Notes under the pieces: model-generated
Database searches by the model: none
Told to the model about the DNA's origin: nothing
The model's input: only the letters and a program-made list of their open reading frames with translations
Source: Callorhinchus milii
Lineage: Eukaryota
Length of the DNA stretch: 64,000 nt
Assembly (NCBI RefSeq): GCF_018977255.1
Contig: NW_024704743.1
Coordinates: 36,582,001-36,646,000, forward strand
Direction: 5' to 3'
Made by a program: the position numbers and the translations under genes
Shown here: in pieces, positions 39,097 to 52,794 of the stretch
How positions within the stretch are numbered: the stretch's first letter is position 1
Layout: each line of letters starts with the position of its first letter

Positions 39097-39502
39097 TGGC
39101 TATTCTTCACATTGAGCATGGCTATTGAACTTTGCAAATATCACAGCCAAGCCTGATAATGTTCTCACTCAGCATCCACATGCATTAATTTTCCAGCAAT
39201 GATCACCAATATCAACCAAGCCCAGGAACTGTGCATGATTTTACTCTCCCCCCCACCCCACTTTGTATAGGAACATTGAAGCATCACTGCTGTACTTTGA
39301 AATTAGAGAGCCAAGCTTCTGCCAATTTTGTGTTTTTAAAAAACTTCATTGACAAGGTTATTACATGTGTTGTTTCTAGCTCTATAAAGTCTATTTTCTT
39401 TTCATTTATTACAGTTCTTAATTTCCAACAATTTGCTTTTCCCCCCCTTGATTCTACATTTAATGTTGTCCCATTCTATTTTCTATTGATATTATTGTTG
39501 CT

Positions 39503-40322
39503 CAGCATCAGCATCCAAGGCTCCACTCTCCACCTCTCAAAGCCCGTCAGGAACCTCGGTGTTCTGTTCTGTTCGACCCTGAGCTGTCTTTTCTCCCTCA
39601 TATCCACGCCACAACTGGCACCGCCTTCCATCACCTCTGGAATATCGCCAGACTACGGCACTACCTCACCCCTCACGCTGCTGAAACTCTGGTCCACGCC
39701 TTTATCACCTCAAGGTTGGACTATGGGAACCCTCTCCTCGCCGGCCTTCCCGGCACCTCCCTCCACAAGCTGCAGGTCATTCAGAACTCTGCAGCTCGTG
39801 TACTGTCCCGCACCAGGTTTCGGGACCACATCACTCCCACCCTCGCTCGCCTCCGCTGGCTCCCCATCCCCCAGAGGATCGAATTCAAGATCCTCATCCT
39901 CACCCTCACCTACAAGACCATTCACGGCCTTGCTCCCACCTACCTCTCCGACCTACTATCCCCCTACCTACCTGCCTGTACCCTCCGTTCCTCTGGCTCC
40001 GGTCTGCTCCACATCCCCCGCTCCAACCGCCCTACCATCGGTGGCCGGGCCTTCAGCCTCTCAGCCCCGAGGCTCTGGAACTCCATCCCCCAGTGCCTTC
40101 GCCGCCTCCTCCCTTTCCTCCTTCAAGGCCGGTCTCAAGACCTTTCTCTTTGACCGTGCCTTCAGCTCCCCTCTCGACTCTCTACCCCCTCCTCGCTCCC
40201 TCCCTTCCCTCCCCTCACCCTGACCATTTCCCCCCTGCTCGGGTCCTGACCCAACTGTACAGCGCCTTGGGAAGTCCTCCCGACATGAAAGGCGCTCTAT
40301 AAATGGAATCTTGTTGTCGTTG
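39503..40322 (+). mobile_element. L2 LINE 3' 0.8 kb
   Basis: ORF 39716..40153 [12 protein letters not shown]...[13 protein letters not shown]...GRAFSLSAPRLWNSIP; ttg tail. Confidence 0.93.
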
Positions 40323-40936
40323 TAATCGCAGGGAAGGCCAAACAGATGAGCAAACTCCTTCTAGTTCTCTATCCAATGCCACTCTGAAACCAGTATATTT
40401 TCAAACAATTTGTCAAAAGTAAAGCTATTGTAGTCCCTTATCCCAGAGTCTTTTGTGTCCCTAGGTAGCTATTATAAGAAACATATTTGTTTGCTGATTC
40501 ACTTAGTGGGAAGTATGATGTTCTGGGGAGAAGCAAAGAGTCTTGCAGATAATTATCAATAGGTTAAATTTAGTCATCAAAGAGTCAGATACTTGCAGAA
40601 ACCTCTTGCTGTGCTTGAGTTTCCAGTCGAGCCATGAAGATCTCAGAGATATAAGGTTACTTTAGTTTGTTTTGGAATGTACAATTCTAACTGAGAGGAT
40701 GGAGGAGGGAAGGAGCCCATTTACCTATACTTGAATAACACAGGTATGAGTTACTAGAAGCCAAGGCAATAGCAACACCTAAGGAAAACAATAACAACAA
40801 ACATTTATATAGAGTTTCTTCAACAAGCTGGGAAACTGTGAAATTGAACCAAGCTACAATTGCGCCTTTTAACACCAGGAGGCATTGGTAAGCTTACCTC
40901 TGTTTGTTCAGCAATGGCCAGGGCAGTGGTTTAGGG

Positions 40937-41132
40937 CAGTGGTGGCCAACCTTTATGGTCGGCCAACAAAGTAATTTTTCTTGATAGAAGATTTCTTGAT
41001 TTTTGCCATAAATCAAGAAATATTCAGTCAAGAAAAAATTGACAACCGATAGAACCCGGACTTATCCAGACTTGTGCGAATGTTTAGAGGGCTTGCTTCT
41101 TGATGGGCCAGCCCACAGGTTGGTTACCACTG
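40937..41132. mobile_element. hAT (Charlie-like) MITE
   Basis: TIRs cagtggtggccaacct and aggttggttaccactg (14/16 match). The 8-bp flanks gtttaggg and ctttagcg resemble a decayed TSD. Confidence 0.72.
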
Positions 41133-44100
41133 CTTTAGCGCATTGACTTGTAGAGTTTTTAGGAGCTAAGTAGGAAGAATATCCTCCCTACTTGACATGT
41201 CTACTGCTTCTTGTCCCATTGCTGATCCAGGCAGACTTGTTAGTTATCTACTGTGCCGTGAACTACTGCAAGTTACTGTACTTGGCCCAGGTATTGGATC
41301 ACTAAGTCTCTGATAAAGAATTGATTTTACTCTGTTCTCTCCAATTTCTCTTGATTAAAACCAACCAGGGAAACCACCAAATGCTGAATATGGGAATGTG
41401 ATTTCAAACCACACTCCAAGTAATTGCTTACAACAGCTGTTGTCTTAAGTCTCAAAGCTTCCTTGTCTCTGTTCGATAACCTTTCATCTTCAGCATGGTA
41501 GATCTATACATGGTAGCTTATGACGTGACAGCCAAGTTGAAGTTTGAGAGGAACAAATCCAATGTGGTGTGTCAGACGTACTTGACATCAGCTGTTCAGT
41601 GCAGGTTCTCACAAGGGGCTTTGACAGAATGATGAGGCTTATTCTTCCTTTAGATTTCACAGTGATTTCATTTCATGTTGGAGCCTGTCCTTCCTATCAC
41701 CATATTCCTTGTGGAATATTTTGGCCTGTTTGCCACTGTGTTTATGATAAAGGTTGTGGGCATGCACATGCTGGCAGTGTTCTCTTGCATTTCATGCTGA
41801 GCTGTACTGCTCACCAGGCTTGCAGGGAGTTGCTGATACCTCGTAGTCAGAGCTCAAACATGTACAGTACAAAATTACATTTGTATAGCGACTTTCACGT
41901 GGTGTTATATGTATTGGTTGTCAAATGGGTCTCCCTGGAGGAAACCTGACTCCTAGGTGATCTGCTTGGCAATGGAATATTGGAATTAAGTCAACCGTCT
42001 GCGGCAGTCTCAATAGTCCAGTTCCTGAACCGGGGGTGTCTGCTCTAATCTCGGGCACTGCTGATGACAGACCAGTCAGCCTGGCTCATAGAGTCACCAA
42101 GGGCAGGGATTCTTCCCACGCAACCATGAAAGAATAAGCCCTAATAAGTAAGGTGGTTCTGAGCTAGACAAGCAAGGGAAAGCTTGCCAAACAATTTTCG
42201 CAATGGAAAGTGATGTGGTTTTAGCTGGTTAAACTCCCAACATTATCCTAATGTACATTCTAAGGTCCCAAACCATGGCTCTTGCCAATCTATACCTAAT
42301 ATTCCCTTCATAAAAATATCCCTTCAAAAAAAATAATAATAATTTGGTCACTCAATCCACGACTATTTGTGGGTCATTGCTGTGCGCAATTGGCTGCTGC
42401 GTTTTGCCCACAATATACAGTCAATTCACCTAACAGTATATTCTGTGAAGCGCTTTGCGACGTCTCGAAGACGTGATAAGGCGCTATGTCAAATGCAAGG
42501 ATTATTATCAAATGCAAGGATTATTATATTATTATAAATGTGTAGGTGGCCTAGATATGTAGAACTCTCAGTTTGGTTTGGTTACTTTTAAGCACAGTGA
42601 TTGATTTCCACATGCATCAGACACCGAGCTGTCCAAAAAAAGAAAAGGTTTAAAGGGGAGGAACCAGAATAGTGTCAATAACAACTTATGGTAAGAGTCT
42701 AAATCTGTAATTTTTTTAAGAAAAGCACAAATGAAAATAAGGTTTTAAAATTTCACATGGAAGGTATACCTATTTTGCAGTCTAATTGCTTGCAATTAAT
42801 TTGCTTAAAAAGACATTATGTTTGGGGAAACCATTTCTGTACCAAATTCTGTAGCATATTGATGTGTTGCGAAACAAATTAATGTCATGAAAACCTCATT
42901 GTAACAAAAGTGGTACATAAGTTTTCTGGCTGATCTCTCACCCTGGTGGTAAAAGCTGGTTTCTCCTTAACATTTGGAACAAATATGGTTCTGTGAATGT
43001 GGATTTAATTCTAAATTTTAAAAAAATCCTAATTCAGCAAGAGTTAGAGAAATAATGTACATATTTGGTTCAAGACCGTAGACATCAAAACATTTTATGC
43101 AAGTCCTGTACACAGAGGCAAATGGTGAGACAATCTAAATAATCTTTCTGTATACTACATATTTGCTTTGTAATAATACAGAATGTTTTTCACTTACTGC
43201 TCTTTTAAGGGCAATATTGTGATTCATTTATCATTGTGAAATAATGTGCATTAAGACTGGCTAAGCTTATTTCCACTTCAGCTCCTTAAGCATCAGAAAT
43301 TCTAGTTTCATTCCTTCTGTCACGGTTGTATCAAGCCAAGATGAAAGAACCATGTTATTACACATTGCTTCACCCAGTCCTTTTGTTGTAAATATTTATG
43401 AATTTGTTAGAGTTGACAACCATTCTAAACCTTTGCAGGTTTCAAAAGACATTTTAAAAAAATGCAGAATATGCACATTGTTCAATTGTTTCAACTAAAA
43501 TCTATTATTGTCTTTTACAAATCTGCCAAAATATTGCTGTGAATTCTCATTGAAAATGTGAGAGGTTTTTGAAATATCTGTGCCAAATGAAGCATTTTAC
43601 AGTTTTCAAAAGTTTTATTCAGAAGTTGTGTGTCGACATTGAATGAGACAATTATGTGATCTGATTTTTGAAGCATCACACAAAATCAGTACACAAGGCA
43701 ACACCTTGAAGTTGTTCATGCCTTATATTTCAATTCGTAAAATATTTCACTGTGATATGGGTTATATTGCAGGCTTAAGCTTTTAACAGCAGGGGATGTC
43801 TTATTGAAGTCTTTAAGATTGTGAATAAAGATAAGATTTGTGAAGTGAGGAAAATTCTTCTCATCTTTGGTGTTAAAATTGAGGCTTGTTAATTTTGTAC
43901 ATGTATCTTATACACCTGGAATCATAGAAATTTAAAGCACAAAGGAAGCTATTTGGCCCACTGGACCTGTGCCAGTTCTCTGAATAAAGTAGACTGCTTA
44001 CATCTTTGTTGTCCATTCCACTAAACATTTTGAAGCACTGGATCATGTACCTTCCGAAGCTTACTTTTTTAATGAAAATAAGTCAACCATTTGAGTCTCT

Positions 44101-46304
44101 TTTGGTATTTTGGATCCTTAAACCTAGAATCATCCTCTGGTTTTATTCAGAGTCCTCTCCAGTATATTAAGGTTTTGTGCAGGTAAGATTTTGCACAGAA
44201 CATTCCAAATGGATGCTGCACTGACCAACCAGTACAAGAATAAATAGAATAAATACTCAGGAAGAAAATGACGCCCAACAGCAGACATGTTATTAGTGAC
44301 GGATGACAGCAGATTCAAGGCTGCCTGCTCATGTTTACATTTTCCTCCATTGCTGCTTGGTTTTAATTCACTCTAGCAGTAACAAAGAGAACAACCGTAA
44401 GGGCACCGTGATCCTGGATGCCACTGAAGAGAGCAGACCGCGTTGAGAGGTGCTAGAGGAAGAGTGAGAGGGTTTGAAGGAAGATTAAGGATTGGGATGA
44501 AGAGCGCAAGTGTGGAATGGAGGGATCTAGCAGGCAAGAAGCTGCAAGAAAAGAGAGAAGCTTGTGCTGTGTGGAAAAAACATGATTTGCTCTTTTTGAG
44601 AGCTGAAATTCTTCTACACTTGTATAAGTAGCATATTACCTCAGAATTTCGTAATGTGCCATGGCGGAATGTAATATTTGTTTTGCCCTGCCTGCAATCT
44701 TTCCATATGTGCTGCTTTTGGGAGATTGCCCACAGATTACCACACTTTCTATGTGCTTTTCCAGTTACAGCTTAGTTTGGGTTGCTGGTGCCTTTTTTGT
44801 GGCCTTAAAGATGGTTTCTTTCCTCCAATTTCTCTTTTATGTCTGGAATCTTATCATGGATTTCTGGGCACCATACTTTGAAAAGAATATAAATAAATAC
44901 ATTTATACAGTATACATTTGGGAAGGGTTCAAAGAGGAGCAAAAGCTAAACAATTATTAGAGACCATAAGTAGCAATTAGTGTGGTTTCAGAATCAACAG
45001 GAATTCTTCCAGCAAGCAACTAAACTAGTGGACTACTATCTAGAGGATATCATTTACTTGATTTTTCAAAATACATGAATAAATTGCATATGTATGGTTT
45101 CTAAAAATGATTGACAATCATAAAATAGGTGATAAATTTACATTTGAAATCAAATCTGATTTAGATAAGGTGATCACGTTAAAAGGCTCTGTTAGGGAAA
45201 TGGTGAGTGATGTTTCAAAGAGATCAGTTCTTGTTTGGGGTTCCTGTATTTTACACTCTGCTTAAACAATGTCCAGAATGTTGCTGCTGGCAATATGAAA
45301 TTTGACATTGATGCTAAGCAGATGAATATTGATGAATTCATTGTTTAATTATGTAAAATGACAATTGTAGAAAAGAGTGAGAGTGGAGTAGATGCGCTTC
45401 CTCCAACAAAGATGGAGGTGGCAGCGCAGACGCTTTAAAGGTAATTGTACTGCATCTATTGTGGAAATCTATGTGTGAAAGCAATGTGGCACAGGTTGGT
45501 AGGACAAAGTTTCTGTCTGCAATTTTGCCCTCCATTAACCAGGTCAGAGAAAAGTTGTGTGTTTTTTATGCTGTTAGCAGTTTGTAAAGCTTACATTTTC
45601 TGCACTCCCTGGACAAAAACAGTATTATAAGGGATATTGATATGGACTCACTTTTGCTTCTTCTCTCAATTTGTTCAAGGTTCTGTCTCAAGACCTATCT
45701 CTTTGACTGCAGTTTCGGTCATCTTTCCCTTCCCCACCTACTCACCTCTCACTCCAGCTCAGGGGCCAAGCCAGTATTGTTAAGCACCTTGGGATGTCCT
45801 CCCGACATGAACGCCAATTTCTAAATGTAAATTTGTATTATATGAAATGTTAATTCTGTAATGTGCAGTTTGTTTAGTTCTCATGGTGCAGGCACACTGG
45901 TTGGTACAGTCAGTGAGGTAAGAATACTTCTGCCTTCACTTGGTTTCTTCTAATAGACAAAAATCTCTGGCAAAGTTTAATGCAGGAACAAAGACCAGCT
46001 CCAGGGAAACTAGTAAAGGAAAGCTTTACGAGCTACTAACGATAAGAACATTTCTCTCTGACTGTGGGGGAGGACAGAATTGCTGATCAAGGTTTGTGTT
46101 CTGTCATTGTACGCCACCGTGCTTTGGAATAAGACTGCTTTACACAGTGTAACTGGTACAAATAGCTTTGAAGTGTTTTGCTGCCACCTCACATTGATAC
46201 TGGTTGCAGATAGGAGTGGCCTGATCAAAACATACCATATCCAGCCACTGGGCAAAAGGTTTGTTACAAAAGGCGAGCAGAATTAGAATTGGTCCACTGC
46301 CACT

Positions 46305-48010
46305 GACCTCCCATTTCTCCTCCAGCCTCTCTTCAACCCTCCCTCCACACCTTCAACCCTGACTCTTTCATCCCTCTCCTCCCTCATCTCCTACATGAAA
46401 CCCACCACGGCTTCCTTGACTCCATCCCATCCTGCTTCTGACTTCCCAGCTTCACCTTCTTGCCCAAACAACGACGACAACATTTATATAGCGTTCCTTC
46501 ACGCAGGGTATAGTCCCGGAGTGCTTGCCTGTGGTAGCATCTGATGCCGAGCCAGGGAGAGAAGGAGGGAGGAAGGTGACCCTAAGCACGATCAAAAAGG
46601 AAGATCTTTAGGTGGGATTTGAAAGTGGGGAGAGAGGGTGAGAGTTATAGAGTTTTGGGGCATAGTGGCTGAAGGTATGGCCACTTGATGGTAGAGCAGA
46701 GAGGACGAGGGACAAACAGGAGGCCAGAGCCAGCCGAGCGGTGGCAATGGGCGGTGGAGTGGGGGTTAAGATTGGGTAGGTAGGAAGGTGTGAGGGCATG
46801 AAGGGATTTGAAAATTAGTAAGAGGATCTTGAAATCGATGCTTTTGGTAATTGGGAGCCAGTGGAGCCTCACAACAACTCGTGTGATAGGGGTACGGAGT
46901 TTTGTGCGGGTGAGTATCCGAGCCCCGCTACTTAATGGACATTGTTAACTTCTCCCTGTCCAGTGGCACAGTTCCCACCTCCTTCTCAAAAAAACCCTCT
47001 CTTGACCCATCAATGCTCTTAAATTACCATCTACAACCTGCCTTTCCCTTCCAAGGTACTGGAATGAGTCGTTGCTTTATTCTTTTCCTTTGCTGGCAAT
47101 CCCTGCATGAACACCCTACAGTACTGTTCTCTTCGATGGTGCCTTCAATCTCCCTCCCAACTCTCTGCTTTCAGTCACCCCTACACCACCCCTCCCCCAT
47201 GCTTGGGCCTCGACACCTGACTGTTCAGCGTTTTGGGACGTCCTCCCGATGTGAAAGGTGCTCTATAAATGTAATTTTGTTGTTGTTGTGATACTGTTGT
47301 TGTTGTGGTACTGAGACTATCCTTGTCTAAGTCACTAATGACATTCTTTCCATCTTTCCATGACAAGGGCTCCCTCCTTGTTCTCCTCGATCTCTCCGTC
47401 ACCTTCAACCACTCTATCTGTCTCATTACATCTCCTCTCTGCTCCACCTTAATGGTTCTATTTCTCCTGGATGTACTCCTACCTATCCCAGCATCTCCAC
47501 GTCACTATGCCAATGTTCTGCTCATTTGACTCCTCAACTCTTCCCTACACAGGGTGTAGACTATCCAAAACTCTGCAGCCTGTATCCTTTCCCGCACCCA
47601 GCTCTGTAAGCCTATCCACCCCCTATCCTCACCCAGCTCCATTAGCTCCTGATCCCCTAGCGAATTGAGTTCAGGATCCTCGTTCTCACCTTTCAATCCC
47701 TCCACAGTCTTGCCCCACCTCACCTCTGCAAACTTTATCAACCTGGGCACTCCCTTCGCTCAGCAAGCACTTCCCTGCCTTCATATCCCCCACCACACCG
47801 GGCAGGCTTTCAGCCTTTCTTTATTCACTCCAGAACGCCATCCTAAAATTGCTCTAACTCACACCCTCTCACGTGGTTTAAGATCTGTTTCAAGATCTAC
47901 CTCTTTGGCCCCGCTTTCGGTTATCTTTCCTCTTCCCACCACTCCCAGTGCCCAGCCAGTATTAACTGTCTTGGGACGTCCTCCCGATTTGAAAGTCACT
48001 GTATAAATAT
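46305..48010 (+). mobile_element. Old L2 copy with nested younger L2 insertions (antisense at about 46468-46920; sense 3' piece at about 47100-47300)
   Basis: RT-region sequence stops at cttgccc and resumes at ccgctacttaatggacattg after the antisense insert. Confidence 0.75.
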
Positions 48011-49139
48011 GCATTGTATAACTGTTGGCCTAACTAATTCTTCCATGATTTTATGTTGTTTGAGGCTATTCTTTCTTTGTGCTCTTGGGAACACAAGTGA
48101 TTGTGTTTGTGATTTTGGTTCACGTAAAAGGAAGAATGGATTGACCATAAATTGACAGTGACCAGGTTGCACATGGCTAATTTGGGGTAAGCACCGAAAT
48201 ATATTTTGGTAGGTGTATATTGCAGGGATCTTCCCTCATTCTACTCTTTTAGAAGACTGTATTCTATTGTAAGCCTTCAAAATCCATAGATATTGTCGCC
48301 CAATTTCAGGTTTGAGAGCGTGTAAAGGAAAATGTAGTCTAGTTGTGTTAAAAAAAGCAAATACATTATATATTTTATGGGAACTTGTACACCTATGGTT
48401 GCAAACTGGTACAGCTGGTTTATATCCTAATACTCAGCACTTCATTCCTTGGGGTCTTCCATTACTTCTCTAGTTAGTTTTGTTTTACTCTGAGGATTTC
48501 GGCTAGTTTTCTGAATATCTGTAGTGCAGCCATGAAATACAGTAATAAATGTTGACATTGTGATGTCCCAAGCAACAGGCAATATTGTTCTCAGTGGTAA
48601 TGCTTCAAATTCACATCTCATGCCCTATGCTTTTCACATCGATTCAGGAAGTAATGCCAAACTGATGTTAAAACTGCACTATAAATCATGTTAACAATCT
48701 GGAACCAAATTGCTCTGGAGATTACAGTATAATAGATGTAAATGGGATTTGGTCTTTGCTCAGAAATAGTCCATTAGATTGCCCAAGAACAGTTTTTTTC
48801 CCTGACTTCCTCGCAAAGGCATTTAACACCTATCCCCTTTTTATCGAAGTGCAGTTTCTTCAGACAACGGTCATCCTTTGGTACCACACCCAATTGGTTA
48901 TTATTCACTTATAATAATAATAATACTCCTCACATAGCACCTTATCATATTGTCTATGTGTGACACCACTTGATTAAAATGAGCAACACTTTCTACTCTA
49001 AACCTGAAAAGCATTCAACTTCATTCAAAGTTCATAGACTCTCTCTCTTTCTCTCTCTCCTTCTCTACCTGTACCCAATCCTCTCTGGGCTTTTAACACT
49101 CCAGGTGTTTTCCATTCCATTTTACATCTGAACATACAG

Positions 49140-49497
49140 CACTCGAGACTTCTCAAAGAACTTCATAGGATATACTGTAAAGTGGTGTGACTAGTTTGTG
49201 GGCAAGCATGGTAGGCAATTTGTGCCTCACAACAGCCATGGAGTTAATGACCAATTTTATCTGTGGGATTCTTTTCAAATAGTGCTACTGGATCTTTAAC
49301 GTCCACTTGGACAGGCAGATGGGAGGTCGGTTTAACGTGTCATCTGAAGGACTGCACCTCCGACAATACAGCACATCCCAAGCACTGCGTTGGAATATCA
49401 GTTTAGCCGGTTGGGTTCCAAGTCCCGGAGTTCGGTTGGAACTCATAACTGTCTGACTCAGAGATGAGAGCGCTACTCACTGAGCTAGACTGACACA
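49140..49497 (-). mobile_element. Near-complete older Deu-domain SINE (SacSINE1-like)
   Basis: ggatctttaacgtccac...cggtttaacgtgtcatctgaaggactgcacctccgacaatacagcac...ctgactcagagatgagagcgctactcactgagc. Confidence 0.75.
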
Positions 49498-49539
49498 TGG
49501 AGCCTGTTTGGCAAGACTTTTGAATATTTATCTGCAATA

Positions 49540-49805
49540 AGTAGGCTATTCAGTCATAGGGGAGTTAAAGCCAAGCCTGATTCTGTCCTCCATTGATATT
49601 CAAACATATTGACCTCAAGGAGAAGTGACTGAATAACAATTGGGAATAGGATTCCTGGCTGATATTCCCCTCAACACAGGGGCACTGAGGTAGTTGCCCC
49701 GGGTGAGATCAGTTTAGTCAACACAGTTGAGAGTTTGAACCTCAAGCTTCTGATCTGTACAGCTTAGTGCTGTACCAGGAAATACCTTTACCCACTGGGC
49801 CATCA
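49540..49805 (-). mobile_element. AmnSINE2-like ancient SINE
   Basis: Minus strand reads gatggcccagtggg...ctgatctcacccggggca...cctcagtgcccctg...atcagccagg...aggacagaatcaggcttggct...gaatagcct, colinear with the recalled AmnSINE2 consensus. Confidence 0.6.
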
Positions 49806-51194
49806 ACATTAGAATGAATTCTATTCCATAGTTTGCGATCTTCAAGTTAATCACATTGCAAATCACCTTGAGAAGGAAACTGATTAGTAGTGTAAATACA
49901 AATAATGCAAATCTTCAGTCTTGTTCAGAAATGTTCCTTTACACACTCATTGGATTCCCTCAAAAGGGACCATAATGATATTGGAGAGTCAGGTGGGCAA
50001 TCATTCTCTTTTATAACTTTACAAAAGTGAACTCCCGGAGCCATACACATGCTCTTAGATGTGTCAGCACTGAACTGTCTTCTAATCCTGGCAAGTACAA
50101 TTTTGGAGCGGGAAATCTCAATGCCTTATCCAGATACTAATTGCCTTATTGCTGGAAGCGATTTGAAATCACTTTCAGCAGGACAAATGAGGCACAAGTG
50201 AAGTTGCTGCACCATTAATCCACCAGGATTGACTTGGCTGCTGCCCAAATTGTCGACAGGAATCAAGTGCAAGCTAACATAGACATATTAATTGACAGTT
50301 AAACTGATGTTTTGAACAGAGCCAGAAACACCACCCAGGGGAATATCCTGAAGGACCTAAATTGCGAAGAATCCTAATCATAATCCTTGTGTTTGATATA
50401 GCGCCTATAATGTCAAAATGTCTCGAAGTGCTTTATAGTAATTACTCATCTCAAAATGTTTTTCACTATAAGCTGAAACCCCCACATTAAAGTGAAGCAT
50501 GAAAACATCGATGACCTGGATTGTCGGGTTGCTGCTGATGTCAATTCCTCTGCACTGTACATGCACTCACTGGACTAAACAAGCTGCAGATGATCCAGAA
50601 CTCTGCAGCCCGTGTCCTCTCCTGCACCAGGCTTTTCGAGCATATCACTCTCAGCCTCGCTCAGCTACTAATTCCCCAACGGATTGAATTCTACAACAAG
50701 ATTACATTTGTATCGTGCCTTTCATGTCGGGAGGACGTCCCAAGGCGCGGGACAGTGTACAGCATTTCAGACCCGAGCTGGGGTCGGCGGGGGAGGGGAA
50801 GGGGGGTGACCGATGGCATGGTCGAAGAGGAGGGTTTTAAGGCAGGACTTGAAGGAGGCTAAGGATGGGGCGAGGCGGAGTGATTGGGGGATGCAGTCCT
50901 CGCACATCACCTGCCATGCCATTCTCTCCTCTCTCTCTCACTCTGTATTTTAAAGGTTTTTCGTTAGTTTTTCATTTTTTTGTTAGTGTTTTTGTTAGTT
51001 CATTTTAGACCCTCTTTCTCACCTTTAACTCTCTCTAAAGCCCAAACCCATCTCTGCAACCTCCTATAACCCTACTGGCCTGGCCCTTCACTTTGCTCAG
51101 ATCTGCTTTATGTGCAGGAAGTGATGTCTGTTGCTACCTGACAACCCAGAAGGCAGCAATTGTTTAGCATGATAAGCCGAGTGTATGCTATAAT

Positions 51195-52555
51195 AACTGC
51201 TCTGGTAAAGGTCACACATGACATCCTGACCATGTGTGACCAGGGCTCCCTCTGCCTCCTCGTCCTGCTTGACCTCTCCGCCACCTTTGATACCGTGGAT
51301 CATTCAATCCTCTTCCACCGCCTCTCGTCCCACCTCAACATTCAAGGTTCTGTCCTTGACTGATTCAACAACAACAAGATTACATTTGTATAGCGCCTTT
51401 CACGTCGGGAAGACGTCCCGATCAGGTCTTACCTTTCACACCGCCTCCATTTTACCTCTGCAAACAGCTTCTCCTCCAGCCCCCGCACCATCTTGTGCGA
51501 CGTTCCTCAGGGCTCTGTCTTCGGTCCCCTCCTTTTCACCCTCTATATGCTCCCCCTTGGTGACATCATCCGCAGACATGGGGTAAATTTCCACATGTAT
51601 GCGGATGGCACCCAACTCTACCTCTCTGCCTCCACCCTGAACTCCAGGACTACTGGCGTCCTGACCAACTGCCTGTCCGACATCAAGTCCTGGATGAGGG
51701 ACACCTTTCTCCAACTCAACGTCAGCAAGACCGAGGCCCTCCTGATTGGCTCGCACCAGCGCCTCAGCACCTCGGGCGCTGGCAGCATCAACCTCCACGG
51801 CTGCACACTCAACCTCACTAAGCCAGTCAGGAACCTGGGTATCTTGTTTGACCCTGAACTGTCCTTTCTCCCCCACATCTGCGCCATGACCGGCATTGCC
51901 TACCACCACCTCCGCAATATTGCCAGACTCCGCCACTGCCTCACCCCTCAGATCACCAAAACCTTAACCCACGCATTCGTCACATCAAGGCTCAATTACG
52001 GGAACTTCCTCCTCATCGGCCTTCCTAACTCTTCCCTTCACAAGCTGCAGATCATTCAAAACTCTGCAGCTCGTGTACCCTCGCGCACCAGGCTTCGTGA
52101 CCCCATCACTCCCACCCTCACCTGACTCCACTGCCTCTCCATCCCTCAGAGAATTGAATTCAAGATCCTCGTCCTCACCTTTAAGTCCATCTATATCCTT
52201 GCCCCCTCCTACCTCCCTGACCTGCTGACTCCCTACCAACCTGCCCGCTCCCTCCATTCAGCGGGCTCAGGCCTGCTCCATGTCTCCCGCCCAAGCCGTC
52301 CTACCATTGGTGGACGGGCTTTCTGCCCCCAAACTCTGGAACTCCATCCCACAGTCCCTTCGCCTCGCTTCCTCCCTTGCCTCCTTCAAGGCTGGTCTCA
52401 AGACCCACCTCTTTGATCATGTCTTCAGTCGCCCTCCCAACTTTCTGCCTTCCCTCACCCTTACCCCACCCCTCTCACATGCTCAGGTCCTTACCTTTTA
52501 CTGTCTTATCGCCTTGGTTCGTCCTCCCGACGTAAACGGTGCTCTATAAATGTCA
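51195..52555 (+). mobile_element. L2 LINE, ~1.3 kb 5'-truncated copy with a tiny antisense L2 tail inserted at about 51366-51420
   Basis: ORFs 51160..51363 (LLDLSATFDTVDH) and 51493..52125 (VPQGSVFGP...FHMYADG). Confidence 0.93.
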
Positions 52556-52794
52556 TTTAGAGCCTAATAATATTCCCTCCAAAACAAAACAATAATAAAT
52601 TGGTCTTTTCAATCTACGACTGTTTGCGGGACATTGCTGTGCGCAATTGGCTGCCGCGTTCGCCCACAAATATACAGTCAATTCACTTTACAGTGTGTTC
52701 TGTGAAGCGCTTTGGGACGTCCTCCCGACGTGAAAAGCGCTATATCAAATGCAAGGATTATTATTATTATTATTATTTTGTTGTTGTTATTGTA

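Noticed and set aside
39231..40223. Longest ORF in the track (330 aa)
   Set aside because: AT-rich intron read-through into an off-frame reading of an L2 fragment (Ser/Pro-rich). No protein-like signature.
44380..44630. Purine-rich stretch resembling a nested exon or gene
   Set aside because: No convincing splice-site pair or recognisable protein similarity.
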